Shown here: one piece after another, positions 10,650 to 20,479 of the stretch
Layout of the letters: every line of letters starts with the position of its first letter
Numbering within the stretch: the stretch's first letter is position 1
Assembly: GCA_965203055.1 (NCBI GenBank)
Contig: OZ241863.1
Coordinates: forward strand, 2,336,001 to 2,400,000
DNA from: Spirochaetia bacterium
Lineage (GTDB): Bacteria > Spirochaetota > Spirochaetia > SZUA-6 > Bin103
DNA length: 64,000 nucleotides
Reading direction: 5' to 3'
Program-made: the position numbers and the translations under genes
Notes under the pieces: generated by a model
Told to the model about the DNA's origin: nothing
The model's input: the letters and a program-made list of their open reading frames with translations, nothing else
The model's database searches: none

Positions 10650-12104
10650 CTAGCCTCCGGCGGCGCCGGCCGCGGCTTGGTCCAGGGTTGCCAGCGCCTG
10701 CGCCAAGCGGCGCCGCACCCGGGGCCCGCCGAGCAGGCGCAGGGAACCGAACAACGGCGGCGACACCCGGCTTCCGGTCGCCGCCAGTCGAATCGTCATC
10801 ATCAAGTCTCCAAATTTCACGCCCTGCGCTGCGGCCAACTCGCGGAGCCGTTCCTCCAGCCGCTGGTCGTCGGCTTCCCGCGGCGGTTCCTGCAGCAGCG
10901 CCGCGGCCGCCCGCAGCAGCGCCGCGGCGCGGCGCGGGGTCAGGCGCTTGGGCACCAGTTCCGCGGCGGTCAGCGGCGCGCCGCCGGCCAGGAATGCCGC
11001 CCGCCGCGGCGCCTCGTCGAGCGCCGTGAGGCGTTCGCGCAGCAGCGCCGCGAGCGCCGCCTGCTCCCGGTCTTCCAACTCGATGCCCGCCGCCTGCAGG
11101 TGCGGCGCGATGGCCGCGGCCAGGCGCTGCGGAGGTAACATACGGATGTACTGGCCGTTGAACCACTCCAGCTTGCGATGATCGAACACCGCGCCGGAGC
11201 GGCCGAGCCGCTCCAGGCTGAAGGCGCGCTCCAGTTCGTCGAGGCGGAACAGCTCGCGGTCGTCGCCGGGCGACCAGCCGAGCAGCGCCAGGTAGTTGAC
11301 CAGCGCCGCGGGCAGGAAGCCGCGCCGGCGGAACTCGCCGATGCCGGTGGCCCCGTGGCGCTTGGCCAGCTTCCTGCCGTCGGGACCGTTGACCGCCGGC
11401 AGATGGGCGTAGCGCGGCGGCTGCCAGCCGCAGGCCGCGAAGATCAGCAGGTGCAGCGGCGCCGACGAGACCCATTCCTGCGCGCGCAGCACGTGGCTGA
11501 TGCGCATCGCGTGGTCGTCGGCAATCGCGGCCAGGTGATAGGTGGGAAAGCCATCGCTCTTCAGCAGCACCGGATCGGGATTGAGGTCCGCGTTGCGGCG
11601 CTCGATCGTGCCCAGGAGGAGATCCTCGTAGCGCGTCGCGCCCTCCAGCGGCACCTTGAACCGGATCACGGAGGGCGCCGCGCTGCGCGCCCGGGCGGCG
11701 TGTTCGGCCGGCGTCAGGTTGCGGCAGCGGCGGTCGTAGCCGTTGTTCGCGGCGCGCACCCGTTCCAGGCGTTCGGCGGCGCAGTAGCAGCGGTAGGCGC
11801 GGCCCTCCCGCAGCAGCCGTTCGGCCACGGCGCGGTAGCGGTCCAGCCGCTCCGATTGCACGTAGGGCGCGTAGGGTCCGCCCACGTCCGGGCCCTCGTC
11901 CCAGCGGAGGCCGAGCCACGAGAGGGTGTCGTACACGTCCTGCAGCGCGCCCGGGTCGAACCGCCGGCGGTCGGTATCCTCGATGCGCAACACGAACGTG
12001 CCGCCGCAGGAGCGGGCCAGCAGGTAGTCGAACAGGGCGGTACGAACGTTGCCGACGTGCTGGCGGCCGGTAGGAGAAGGCGCGTAGCGCACGCGAACTG
12101 ACAT
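10650..12104 (-). CDS. gltX: Glutamate--tRNA ligase
   Basis: RVRYAPSPTG.QHVGNVRTAL, LRIEDTD, DGFPTYH, KLAKRHG and SPPLF. Confidence 0.96.
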   Translation of the reverse strand: MSVRVRYAPSPTGRQHVGNVRTALFDYLLARSCGGTFVLRIEDTDRRRFDPGALQDVYDTLSWLGLRWDEGPDVGGPYAPYVQSERLDRYRAVAERLLREGRAYRCYCAAERLERVRAANNGYDRRCRNLTPAEHAARARSAAPSVIRFKVPLEGATRYEDLLLGTIERRNADLNPDPVLLKSDGFPTYHLAAIADDHAMRISHVLRAQEWVSSAPLHLLIFAACGWQPPRYAHLPAVNGPDGRKLAKRHGATGIGEFRRRGFLPAALVNYLALLGWSPGDDRELFRLDELERAFSLERLGRSGAVFDHRKLEWFNGQYIRMLPPQRLAAAIAPHLQAAGIELEDREQAALAALLRERLTALDEAPRRAAFLAGGAPLTAAELVPKRLTPRRAAALLRAAAALLQEPPREADDQRLEERLRELAAAQGVKFGDLMMTIRLAATGSRVSPPLFGSLRLLGGPRVRRRLAQALATLDQAAAGAAGG

Positions 12105-12220
12105 GCGGCGTGACTAGAGACTCCCTGCCGGCGGCGCGTCAAGAGCACGGCGGCCGCGGGGGCCGCGGGCGTTGCCGGGCGCGCGGGGCGCCGCGGCGGC
12201 GCCCCGCCGGCCCCGGCTCG

Positions 12221-13783
12221 TCACATGCCCCACACGTCGACCGGCGCGGCTGCGGCGCCGCGGCGGTGGAATATCTTCTCCTCCCAGGTGCGGTGCTCCC
12301 GGCAGTCGATCACCACCAGATGCCCGGCCTCCGCCGCGCAGCGCGCCATGTACCCCGCGGTCTGCTCCACCCCCTCGGCGATGGTCCGCTCCAGCCCGTC
12401 CCGCTCCCGCACCACCTTGCACTCCACCACCACCTCCTGCACCCGCACCCCCGCCGGCCACACGATCAGCAGGTCGACCCGCCCGCGGCCCAGCGCGTAC
12501 TCCCGCTCGATGCGCCCGCCTCCGTTCACCACCCGCTGCAGGTACGCCTGCAGCAGCAACTGCGGCCACGCCTCCGCATAGGCAAAGCGGTCGCGCCAGT
12601 GCTCGGAGTGGCGCCGGAAGAAGCTCTGGAACTCCTCCAGCAGCAGCGCCGCGTCAAGGCTGCCGTCCGCGCGTACGTAGCGCGGCGGCGAAAGATCGAG
12701 CGTCTCCTGCGCCACCCACGACAGCTCGCGCGGCAGCACCTCGGCGTAGATCGGGTTGGCGATGCGCACCGGCGCCTCGCGGGCGAGCAGCCCGAGGTCG
12801 CGCGCGTAGCCGAGGTCGCGGTCGCTGATGGCGTAGTGGTCGGCGCCGGTCAGCATCGGCTCAATCACCCGCCGCACGCGCTCCTCACGCAGCTTGTCCG
12901 CCAGGTAGTCGAGGTGGGTCACCCGTTCGACGATCAGCTCCTCGCGGACGGCTGCGACGGCGGCGGCGGTGACCGGGCGCGAACGGTCGTCGCGCAGCGC
13001 CTTGTTGCGGAAGCAGGCGCCGTAGGCCAGAGCGTTGACCAGCCATGGCTGGCCGCAGGTCTGCGTCCACACCGCTTCCAGCGCCTCCGGCGCGAACTCC
13101 TGGCCGGTCGCCTCGGTATGCTGGCCGAGCAGGCCCAGCGTCTCGTCACGCGAGAAGTCGCCCAGCCGCAACGACGCCGCGGCGATGTTGAACGGGCTGC
13201 CGGTTGCGCCCATGCGGTAGTCGCGCACGTCGCGCAGGCCGCATAGCACGACGCTCTGTGGGAAGCGTTCGGGGCGATTCGGATAGCCGGCGCGAAGTTG
13301 CTGCAGCACCGCCAGCAGCGAGTCGCCCACCAGCGTGTCGATCTCGTCGATCAACAGCACCAGCGGGCGCGGCGCCTCCTCCGCCCAACGCGAGAGCGCT
13401 TCGCCCAGCGCCAGATCCGGCCCGACCTCGGCGAGGGTATCCGCCCAGATGCCTTGCAGGAACCGGTCGCCCAAGGCCCAACTCGCCGCCCGCGCCAGCG
13501 CGACAAGCACTACGCGCAACGCCCGCTGAACGTCGTCTCGGGCGGTGCGGGCGGTTTCCACGGTGACGTAGACGCAGTGGTAGCCACGTTCGTTCAGCAA
13601 CTCGGCCAGCGCCAGCAACGCCGAGGTCTTGCCGGTCTGCCGCGGCGCGTGCAGCACGAAGTACTTCTTGTCCCGCACCAGGCCGAGCACTTCGTCCAGA
13701 TCGATCCGCGACAGCGGCGGGATCAAGTAATGATCGGCCGGTCTGACCGGACCGGCAGTGTTGAATGATCGCCTGGTCACCAT
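12221..13783 (-). CDS. P-loop (AAA-like) ATPase with C-terminal PD-(D/E)XK nuclease-like domain, copy B
   Basis: Walker A HAPRQTGKT, Walker B LVLLIDEID and C-terminal GRVDLLIVW...VVVECK. Near-identical to 13828-15399. The ATG at 13783 follows TGcTACACT. Confidence 0.8.
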   Translation of the reverse strand: MVTRRSFNTAGPVRPADHYLIPPLSRIDLDEVLGLVRDKKYFVLHAPRQTGKTSALLALAELLNERGYHCVYVTVETARTARDDVQRALRVVLVALARAASWALGDRFLQGIWADTLAEVGPDLALGEALSRWAEEAPRPLVLLIDEIDTLVGDSLLAVLQQLRAGYPNRPERFPQSVVLCGLRDVRDYRMGATGSPFNIAAASLRLGDFSRDETLGLLGQHTEATGQEFAPEALEAVWTQTCGQPWLVNALAYGACFRNKALRDDRSRPVTAAAVAAVREELIVERVTHLDYLADKLREERVRRVIEPMLTGADHYAISDRDLGYARDLGLLAREAPVRIANPIYAEVLPRELSWVAQETLDLSPPRYVRADGSLDAALLLEEFQSFFRRHSEHWRDRFAYAEAWPQLLLQAYLQRVVNGGGRIEREYALGRGRVDLLIVWPAGVRVQEVVVECKVVRERDGLERTIAEGVEQTAGYMARCAAEAGHLVVIDCREHRTWEEKIFHRRGAAAAPVDVWGM

Positions 13784-15393
13784 CTGCCCGGAGTGTAGCA
13801 TGGGCGGCCGTTCCGTCCCGGTGGTGATCACATGCCCCACACGTCGACCGGCGCGGCGCCGGCGCCGCGCCGGTGGTGGAATATCTTCTCCTCCCAGGTC
13901 CGGTGCTCCCGGCAGTCGATCACCACCAGGTGCGCCGCCTCCGCCGCGCAGCGCGCCGCGTACCCCGCCGTCTGCTCCACCCCCTCGGCGATGATCCGCT
14001 CCAGCCCGTCCCGCTCCCGCACCACCTTGCACTCCACCACCACATCCTGCACCCGCTGCGCCAGCGACCGCTCCCCCACCGGCCACACGATCAGCAGGTC
14101 GACCCGCCCCCGCCCCAGCGCGTACTCCCGCTCGATCCGCCCGCCCCCGTTCACCACCCGCTGCAGGTACGCCTGCAGCAGCAACTGCGGCCACGCCTCC
14201 GCGTAGGCGAAGCGGTCGCGCCAGTGCTCGGAGTGGCGCCGGAAGAAGCTCTGGAACTCCTCCAGCAGCAATGCCGCGTCCAGGCTGCCGTCCGCGCGCA
14301 CGTAGCGCGGCGGCGAAAGGTCGAGCGTCTCCTGCGCCACCCACGACAGCTCGCGCGGCAGCACCTCGGCGTAGATCGGGTTGGCGATGCGCACCGGCGC
14401 CTCGCGGGCGAGCAGCCCCAGGTCGCGCGCGTAGCCCAGGTCGCGGTCGCTGATGGCGTAGCGGTCGGCGCCGGTGAGCATCGGCTCGATCACCCGCCGC
14501 ACGCGCTCCTCGCGCAGCTTGTCCGCCAGGTAGTCCAGGTGGGTTACCCGTTCGACGATCAGCTCCTCGCGGACGGCGGCGACCGCGGCGGCGGTGACCG
14601 GACGCGAACGGTCGTCGCGCAGCGCCTTGTTGCGGAAGCAGGCGCCGTAGGCCAGCGCGTTGACCAGCCACGGCTGGCCGCAGGTCTGCGTCCAGACCGC
14701 CTCCAACGCCTCCGGCGCGAACGGCTGGCCGGTCTGCTCGGTATGCTGGCCGAGCAGGGCCAGCGTCTCGTCACGCGAGAAGTCGCCCAGCCGCAACGAC
14801 TTGGCGGCGATGTTGAAGGGGCTGCCGATCGCGCCCATGCGGTAGTCGCGCACGTCGCGCAGGCCGCACAGCACGACGCTCTGCGGGAAGCGCGCCGGAC
14901 GGTCGGGGTAGCCGGCGCGGAGTTGCTGCAGCACCGACAGCAGCGAGTCGCCCACCAGCGTGTCGATCTCGTCGATCAACAGCACCAGCGGGCGCGGCGC
15001 CTCCTCCGCCCAACGCGAGAGCGCTTGGCCCAGCGCCTCGTCAGGGCCGAAATCGGCGAGAATCTCAGCCCAAACGCCATGCAGGAAACGATCGCGCAGC
15101 GTCGCGCGCGCCTGGGACGCCAGCCTGATGAGCACCGAGCGCATCGCCCGCGCCACGTCGTCGCGGGCGGTGCGGGCGGTTTCCACCGTGACGTACACGC
15201 AGTGGTAGCCACTTTCGTTCAGCAACTCGGCCAGCGCCAGCAGCGCCGAGGTCTTGCCGGTCTGCCGCGGCGCGTGCAGCACGAAGTACTTCTCGTCTGC
15301 CACCAGGCGCAGGACCTCATCCAGGTCAAGGCGCGCCAGCGGCGGAATGCAGTAGTGCCGGTCGGATTTGACCGGACCGGCGGTGTTGAATGA
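12221..15393 (-). repeat. Tandem gene-length direct repeat (two units of about 1.56 kb, limited to the coding sequences)
   Basis: Both units begin ...ATCATTCAACAC.GCCGGTCCGGTC and end GTCGACGTGTGGGGCATGTGA. The flanking sequences are unrelated. Confidence 0.92.
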
Positions 15394-15399
15394 TCTCAT
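13828..15399 (-). CDS. P-loop (AAA-like) ATPase with C-terminal PD-(D/E)XK nuclease-like domain, copy A
   Basis: Same motifs as copy B; 523 aa, ending VDVWGM. Confidence 0.82.
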   Translation of the reverse strand: MRSFNTAGPVKSDRHYCIPPLARLDLDEVLRLVADEKYFVLHAPRQTGKTSALLALAELLNESGYHCVYVTVETARTARDDVARAMRSVLIRLASQARATLRDRFLHGVWAEILADFGPDEALGQALSRWAEEAPRPLVLLIDEIDTLVGDSLLSVLQQLRAGYPDRPARFPQSVVLCGLRDVRDYRMGAIGSPFNIAAKSLRLGDFSRDETLALLGQHTEQTGQPFAPEALEAVWTQTCGQPWLVNALAYGACFRNKALRDDRSRPVTAAAVAAVREELIVERVTHLDYLADKLREERVRRVIEPMLTGADRYAISDRDLGYARDLGLLAREAPVRIANPIYAEVLPRELSWVAQETLDLSPPRYVRADGSLDAALLLEEFQSFFRRHSEHWRDRFAYAEAWPQLLLQAYLQRVVNGGGRIEREYALGRGRVDLLIVWPVGERSLAQRVQDVVVECKVVRERDGLERIIAEGVEQTAGYAARCAAEAAHLVVIDCREHRTWEEKIFHHRRGAGAAPVDVWGM

Positions 15400-15450
15400 G
15401 GCTCGCCCCGCGCGCGGCGGCTCTGGAGGCTGCCGCCGTTTCTCAGTCGA

Positions 15451-16374
15451 TCATATCGGCAATGTCGTTGCGCGGGCAGCCGCATCCGTCCACTCCTTCA
15501 TCTTCTCTAACACGTCGTTGCTCACGTTATCGCAGAAATCGACGATGCGGCACCGATCGAACAGCAAACCCGCATCGATCGCAATATCATACCGATTGAC
15601 TCTCGACAAAGCCTCCGCAACAAAGAACATCCGTACCGGAACGAACGCCGGAAACGAATGAAGCCACTTTTTGCAGAACGAATCAGGTTGTAGATCAGCA
15701 AAGTTATCTCGGAAATTAGTTCCCGTCTTGCACTGACCGAACGCAATGAGCTTTCCCGGCAGACGGTCGGCGAAATGCTTCCATGCCACAATGTCCAATT
15801 TGCCGTCGTTTGCCGTAGTCCGACCACTTCCGTGACGATAGAAACCATCACCCTCCTCCAGCCTGCCACACAGGTCATTGATCTTGTTCTCGAATCCGAC
15901 TCCTGAAGGGCCGTGACCGAAGACCATGCTTTCAGCACGCGCGCCAAGGTATTCACGTGCGGCCTCCGCGGATAGATCTTCCAAGAGTGATGCTCCGTCG
16001 ATACCAGCGTGGCGCCGATTGCTTTGCATATTCAGTCTCGTCGCCAAGAGCAGATAACGGTAGACAGCGTATCGCTGATTTCCGCTGCCTCCGGACATCT
16101 TCATGGTATATCCGTACTGGTCGATCGAAAACGGGTATCCTCCTCGACATGCTTCCCTGCGCCGTTCGATCTCGGAATATGCGCCTTCGACTACCTCCGT
16201 TATTGCCTCCTCCTCCGGCACGCCTTCCGAGTAGTCGTTCTCGTCGAGCCTGCCGAGGGCTGCGCGGACCTCGTTGAGCGACGTGCCGCCGCCTCTCCAG
16301 CAAACCAACTCGGCGAAGTCGGCAACCTCGTAGGCAGGCGCGCGCGGGGATGGCAGGCCCGGCCACTTGAACAT
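15451..16374 (-). CDS. Hypothetical protein with a restriction-endonuclease-like motif (D...D-x-VAW...GQCKTG)
   Basis: NDGKLDIVAWKHFADRLPGKLIAFGQCKTG resembles a PD-(D/E)XK/QxK active site. Codons are visibly lower in GC than the flanks. The start overlaps the upstream gene's stop. Confidence 0.65.
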   Translation of the reverse strand: MFKWPGLPSPRAPAYEVADFAELVCWRGGGTSLNEVRAALGRLDENDYSEGVPEEEAITEVVEGAYSEIERRREACRGGYPFSIDQYGYTMKMSGGSGNQRYAVYRYLLLATRLNMQSNRRHAGIDGASLLEDLSAEAAREYLGARAESMVFGHGPSGVGFENKINDLCGRLEEGDGFYRHGSGRTTANDGKLDIVAWKHFADRLPGKLIAFGQCKTGTNFRDNFADLQPDSFCKKWLHSFPAFVPVRMFFVAEALSRVNRYDIAIDAGLLFDRCRIVDFCDNVSNDVLEKMKEWTDAAARATTLPI

Positions 16375-17477
16375 CAGCCGGCCTCGGCTACCCGCCGCCG
16401 CCTTCGCCGGTGTCCCTTTCGGTGCATCTCTTCGTAGAGATCGTTCGCAAGGTCCGCCACCGCATCGGCAACGCTGAGCAGCCTCTCGGAACCATCGTAT
16501 CCGGTCGAGAGCATACCGCGAGCCCTCTGGAGATTGCGCTTCGCCGCAAACAAGGATTCCTCGAAGACCGTCGATGACGGACGACTCTGTTCAAAGGCGG
16601 ACGCCAAGTCGTTGTTGGCGCGAAGCGCTGCGACCGATTCCCTGCTGCTCAAGACCGATTCAAGTTGGCGAAGGTGCGGATTCTGGGTTTCTACGACGGG
16701 AGGCCGCTCTTGCTTCTTGCTGCCGTACATCCACAGGAAGAGCTCGCCGAGCTCGGTACTCCGCTCAGCAGGAACCGGCTCAGGTTCGTCCCAAGAATCG
16801 GATTGCAAACCGATGAAGTCGCATATTCCTGAATAATTCAGACCGGTGTAGAGATGAGAGAACGAGAAATGGTTTCGCCATCGATCGTCGCGACTGAACA
16901 CCTGCATCCGCTCGGCCTGCTCGATCACCATGAGGCCACGGAACAGCCGCTGAACGGTTCGGTGTGTGTCGCCGATCTGCTTGGCGATATCTTCAAGCCG
17001 GACGCCAAAACGTCGATGTACGTCGGCGATGTACTGGGCCTTCGCATAGCTGCTCCATTTTGCCGGACCGTTTACATGCTTGAAACCGAGATAGCGCCAC
17101 GAATCTCCGCGGGTGCCGATTACCACGGGAAGCTCGCTGAGTTCCTGCTTCTCTTGCGCGGTAATCTCTGGAATGTCGGCCGTCGAGAACTCGAACTCCT
17201 CGGGAGTCAACAAGATGCGGACTGCGGCAAGCCGGCGGTTGCCTTCGATGACTACGTTCTTCCCGTTCTCTCGATCCACGATCAGCGGCTCATGGCTGAA
17301 GAACCCGCTGGCCGCAATGGAAAGTACCAGCTCGCGTACGTCCATTGCATCCCATAGCACTTGTATGACCTCTGATTCCGTTGAATCTTCGGTCAGTTCG
17401 AACTCAGGTAGCCGAGGGTTCTTGGGATCGAAGCGGAGCGCCGATACGGGCAACCGTTCGACCGGATTGTCTTCCAT
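16374..17477 (-). CDS. ParB/sulfiredoxin N-terminal domain protein
   Basis: LRFDPKNPRL...SIAASGFFSHEPLIV...VVIEGNRRLAAV, then HVNGPAKWSSYAKA. A GGAGG RBS precedes ATG 17477 (alternative ATG at 17504). Confidence 0.8.
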   Translation of the reverse strand: MEDNPVERLPVSALRFDPKNPRLPEFELTEDSTESEVIQVLWDAMDVRELVLSIAASGFFSHEPLIVDRENGKNVVIEGNRRLAAVRILLTPEEFEFSTADIPEITAQEKQELSELPVVIGTRGDSWRYLGFKHVNGPAKWSSYAKAQYIADVHRRFGVRLEDIAKQIGDTHRTVQRLFRGLMVIEQAERMQVFSRDDRWRNHFSFSHLYTGLNYSGICDFIGLQSDSWDEPEPVPAERSTELGELFLWMYGSKKQERPPVVETQNPHLRQLESVLSSRESVAALRANNDLASAFEQSRPSSTVFEESLFAAKRNLQRARGMLSTGYDGSERLLSVADAVADLANDLYEEMHRKGHRRRRRRVAEAG

Positions 17478-17590
17478 GAGACCTCCGTTACTGCCCGCAA
17501 CCATGCGGGCGACAATATGCGGCGGCGGTCCCGGCGCGGGGTACTACTATACCGCGGCGGGGTAGCTGCCGGCGTAATCGGTGGCGGCGT

Positions 17591-20479
17591 TCAGTCATCG
17601 AGCAGGCCGAGTTCGCGGAGCGGTTCGAGGACGGCGTGTTCCAGTCTGTTCCGGTCGAGCGGGTCGGCGGAGGCGGCCTTGGCGCTGATGGTGATCCGGC
17701 CGGTCAGGTCGGCGAGGTTGGCCAGGGCGCGCCACGCGTCGAACAGTTTGTCGCGGTCGGCGGTGAATGAGATCGCCACTTCGCGGCCGGCGCCGGGGGG
17801 CGGTGGCGGATCCGGCGGCGGCGCGTCGCCGGGGTCGGTGGGCTGGCGGACTTCTCCTCCGGATGCCGGCGCAGCGCCGCCGGCCGGATCGCGCTGCCCC
17901 AGCTCGACCGGCGCCTCGGCTTCGGGAAGCGCCCGGGGCAGGATGAGGAAGCCGGAGTCGAGGTCGATCTCGTCGGCGGCGAGGGGGCGCTCGAAGGCGA
18001 TGCGGCTGCGGTCGAGCCGGTAGCGGCCGGCGTCGTCGAGGGCCGGGCGGCCGGTGGCGTAGCCGAACAGGCCGGTCTCCACGCCGCGGGCGATCGCGCT
18101 GCGCACGACCTCGGCGGAGCGCAGGCGCGGATAGCCGAGGAACGAGAAGAACCCGGCTGACACGCGGTCGGTCGCGATGCCGGGCGCGGCGCCCTCCTCG
18201 CCGATGCGGAACAACTCGACGATCTTGCCAGGCGCGACCGAATCGAAGACCTTGCGCTGGACGGTCGTCAGCAACTCCATCAGGCGTTGGTGGATCAGGG
18301 CGCGCCTTCCGGCGTCGAGGGTGGTCCGCAACGGGCGGCCGCCCAGGGCGGCGGTGGCCAGCGACAGCGCTCCGGCGCCCGACTCCGGCAGCCACACTTC
18401 CGCGTACAACTGGACCAGCGCGGACTCGGCGGCGGCCCGCTCGGTCGCCTCCCGCTCGCGGAGCTGGCTGCGCTGGGCGGCGGTAAGGTTGAGCGCCCGC
18501 GACCGACCCTGCACGCGCTGCACGGCAAGCAGGTAGCGGACCGCGCGGCGCAACCCCTGGATCCGTTCCGCGTCCGGCACGGCCAGCGCCAGCCCGTTGC
18601 GGTACTCGCGCGTCCGGGAACCGTGATTCTCGCACAGGCCGCGCGCGAACGCCTGCCGGTCGTTCTCAGACCGATCGACGAACTCCGGCGGCAGGTAGGC
18701 GATCAGGAACCGCGCGTCGCGGTCCGGCACGTCGGAGGACCGTTCCGGCCAGACGATGGCCGGCTGGCCGGCCAGGCGCTCCTCGATCAGCTCCCGGACG
18801 CGGGCGCGCACGCCGCTCTCGTCCCGCGCCACGGCGTCCGCCTCCTGTTCGACGAGCAAGGTGACGTTGGGATCCTTCTTGAAGCAATAGTGCGCGCCGT
18901 CGAAGTGGAGATAGAGACACTGCTCCCGGAGCTCCTTGAGACATGCCTGCGCGGTGGTGCTGTCCAGGTCGGGGCCGATGCTCACCCCCAACAGTTCGGA
19001 CTCGGCGATTCCGGGAGGCAGCGGCTCGCTCTCCTCACCCGCCGAACGGCGCAGCCCGCCGAACGAGTACAGCAGCACGACCGTCGCCAGCCGGGTGGCC
19101 GGTTCCTTGCCGGCCTCGGCCGTGACCTCCCGCGCGCGCCGCGCGTCGATCCGCCGCGTGCGCGCGTTGGCGCCGACGAAGTCGTGCTCCAGACAGGCCT
19201 GAAAGTCCTCCCGCTGGCCGACTTCCTTGAAGAAGGCGAGGCGCACCTCGGCGTCGCGGAGCGGCACGTCGCCGGGGCCGAGGAGCAGGCGCGACCGGCC
19301 CGCGCCGTGCGCCGCGCGCAGGCAGGACGCCAGGAAGCGCAACGCGCCGCGCGTGCGCTGGAAGTCGGGGACCGCCGCCCAGCGTTCCCGCATCACGTCG
19401 ATGAGCGCGGGATGGAACGGATAGGCGGCGCTGATCCGGTCGCGCAAAGCCATGCCCTCCTCGTCCGCCTGCCGGCGCTCCGCTTCACCCTGCGCGTAGG
19501 CCTGCCGCATGCGCGTGAACACCTGCCGGCAGGCTTCGGCCACGTTCCCGGCGGCGCCGGCGTCCGGCAGCTTCGCCAGCAGCCGCCGCTGCACCACGTT
19601 GAGAATCTCGTTGCCTTCGACCGGCTCCCGCCGCTGGTCCTTGCGGGCGGCGAGATGCTCCACCGTGCGCAGCAATCCGGTGTATTCCAGCGACTCGCGC
19701 GAACTCGACTGCAGGGAATAGACCAGCACGGCGTGGTCCACGTTGCCCACCGCGACCGTGAGCCGCTTCAGGAACGCCAGCGTCTCGTCCCGGAGCGTGG
19801 TCTGGCCGACCTGCACGCCGCCGGCGCTGATCAGGTATTCGAGGATCTCGTCGAGCAGGATCAGACTCGGTCCGCGCCGCAGCAGCTCGACGAGCAGGTC
19901 GCCGCCGGGGGCGACCCGCGCCGCGTCCTGGCGCCGCACCAGGTCGTAGCCGTCGCGCCCGCCGAGCGCCCACCCGATCCAGCCCCAGATGGTCTGCGCC
20001 GTAACGCCCTCCTGCGGCGCGCGCCGGCCGGCGGTGGCGTCGAACAGCTGACCGTCCACCACCGCCACCCGCACCCGCTCCGGGCGCGGCAGGCCGGCCG
20101 CTTCCGGCAGCGCGTCCAGGGCAGCCCGCGACCGGGCGGCGTGCAGCAGCGCGGCGAGGGTGTGCGACTTGCCGCCGCCGAAGGGGGTCATCAGCTTGAG
20201 CACGCGGTTGCCGCCCGCGCCGCTCAGCCGCCCCAGCACGTCGTCGAGCAGGGAGCGCAGGCCGCCGGTCAGGTAGGAGGCCGCAAAGAAGCTGCCGGCG
20301 TCGCGGTAGACGGCGGGCACGCGCGGCAGTTCGGCGTCCGCGGCGCCCCGCTCCTTGCCGATCAGGTAATCGGCCAACGGCCCCAGGTCGAGCGCGAAGA
20401 GATCGTCGGAAGACTCGCGCGAGAGCACGTCGGGGTGCAGTTCCACGCATTCCAGCCACGGGCGCAGTGCGGCGCTCAT
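17591..20479 (-). CDS. DUF499-family AAA+ ATPase
   Basis: LRPWLECVELHPDV, Walker A TPFGGGKSH, Walker B LILLDE, AYPFHPALID and FQRTRGALR. Confidence 0.88.
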   Translation of the reverse strand: MSAALRPWLECVELHPDVLSRESSDDLFALDLGPLADYLIGKERGAADAELPRVPAVYRDAGSFFAASYLTGGLRSLLDDVLGRLSGAGGNRVLKLMTPFGGGKSHTLAALLHAARSRAALDALPEAAGLPRPERVRVAVVDGQLFDATAGRRAPQEGVTAQTIWGWIGWALGGRDGYDLVRRQDAARVAPGGDLLVELLRRGPSLILLDEILEYLISAGGVQVGQTTLRDETLAFLKRLTVAVGNVDHAVLVYSLQSSSRESLEYTGLLRTVEHLAARKDQRREPVEGNEILNVVQRRLLAKLPDAGAAGNVAEACRQVFTRMRQAYAQGEAERRQADEEGMALRDRISAAYPFHPALIDVMRERWAAVPDFQRTRGALRFLASCLRAAHGAGRSRLLLGPGDVPLRDAEVRLAFFKEVGQREDFQACLEHDFVGANARTRRIDARRAREVTAEAGKEPATRLATVVLLYSFGGLRRSAGEESEPLPPGIAESELLGVSIGPDLDSTTAQACLKELREQCLYLHFDGAHYCFKKDPNVTLLVEQEADAVARDESGVRARVRELIEERLAGQPAIVWPERSSDVPDRDARFLIAYLPPEFVDRSENDRQAFARGLCENHGSRTREYRNGLALAVPDAERIQGLRRAVRYLLAVQRVQGRSRALNLTAAQRSQLREREATERAAAESALVQLYAEVWLPESGAGALSLATAALGGRPLRTTLDAGRRALIHQRLMELLTTVQRKVFDSVAPGKIVELFRIGEEGAAPGIATDRVSAGFFSFLGYPRLRSAEVVRSAIARGVETGLFGYATGRPALDDAGRYRLDRSRIAFERPLAADEIDLDSGFLILPRALPEAEAPVELGQRDPAGGAAPASGGEVRQPTDPGDAPPPDPPPPPGAGREVAISFTADRDKLFDAWRALANLADLTGRITISAKAASADPLDRNRLEHAVLEPLRELGLLDD

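Noticed and set aside
9313..11919. 868-aa ORF suggesting a large N-terminal extension or fusion on GlyRS; likewise the extended ORFs for HslU, HslV, FlhA, FtsQ and ATPase copy B
   Set aside because: The extensions are off-frame read-through of the upstream gene. Family-typical N-termini begin at the coupled downstream starts.
12221..15399. Diversity-generating retroelement explanation for the variable tandem paralogs
   Set aside because: Differences in the compared block involve all four bases and many synonymous sites rather than being adenine-specific. There is no reverse transcriptase in the window.
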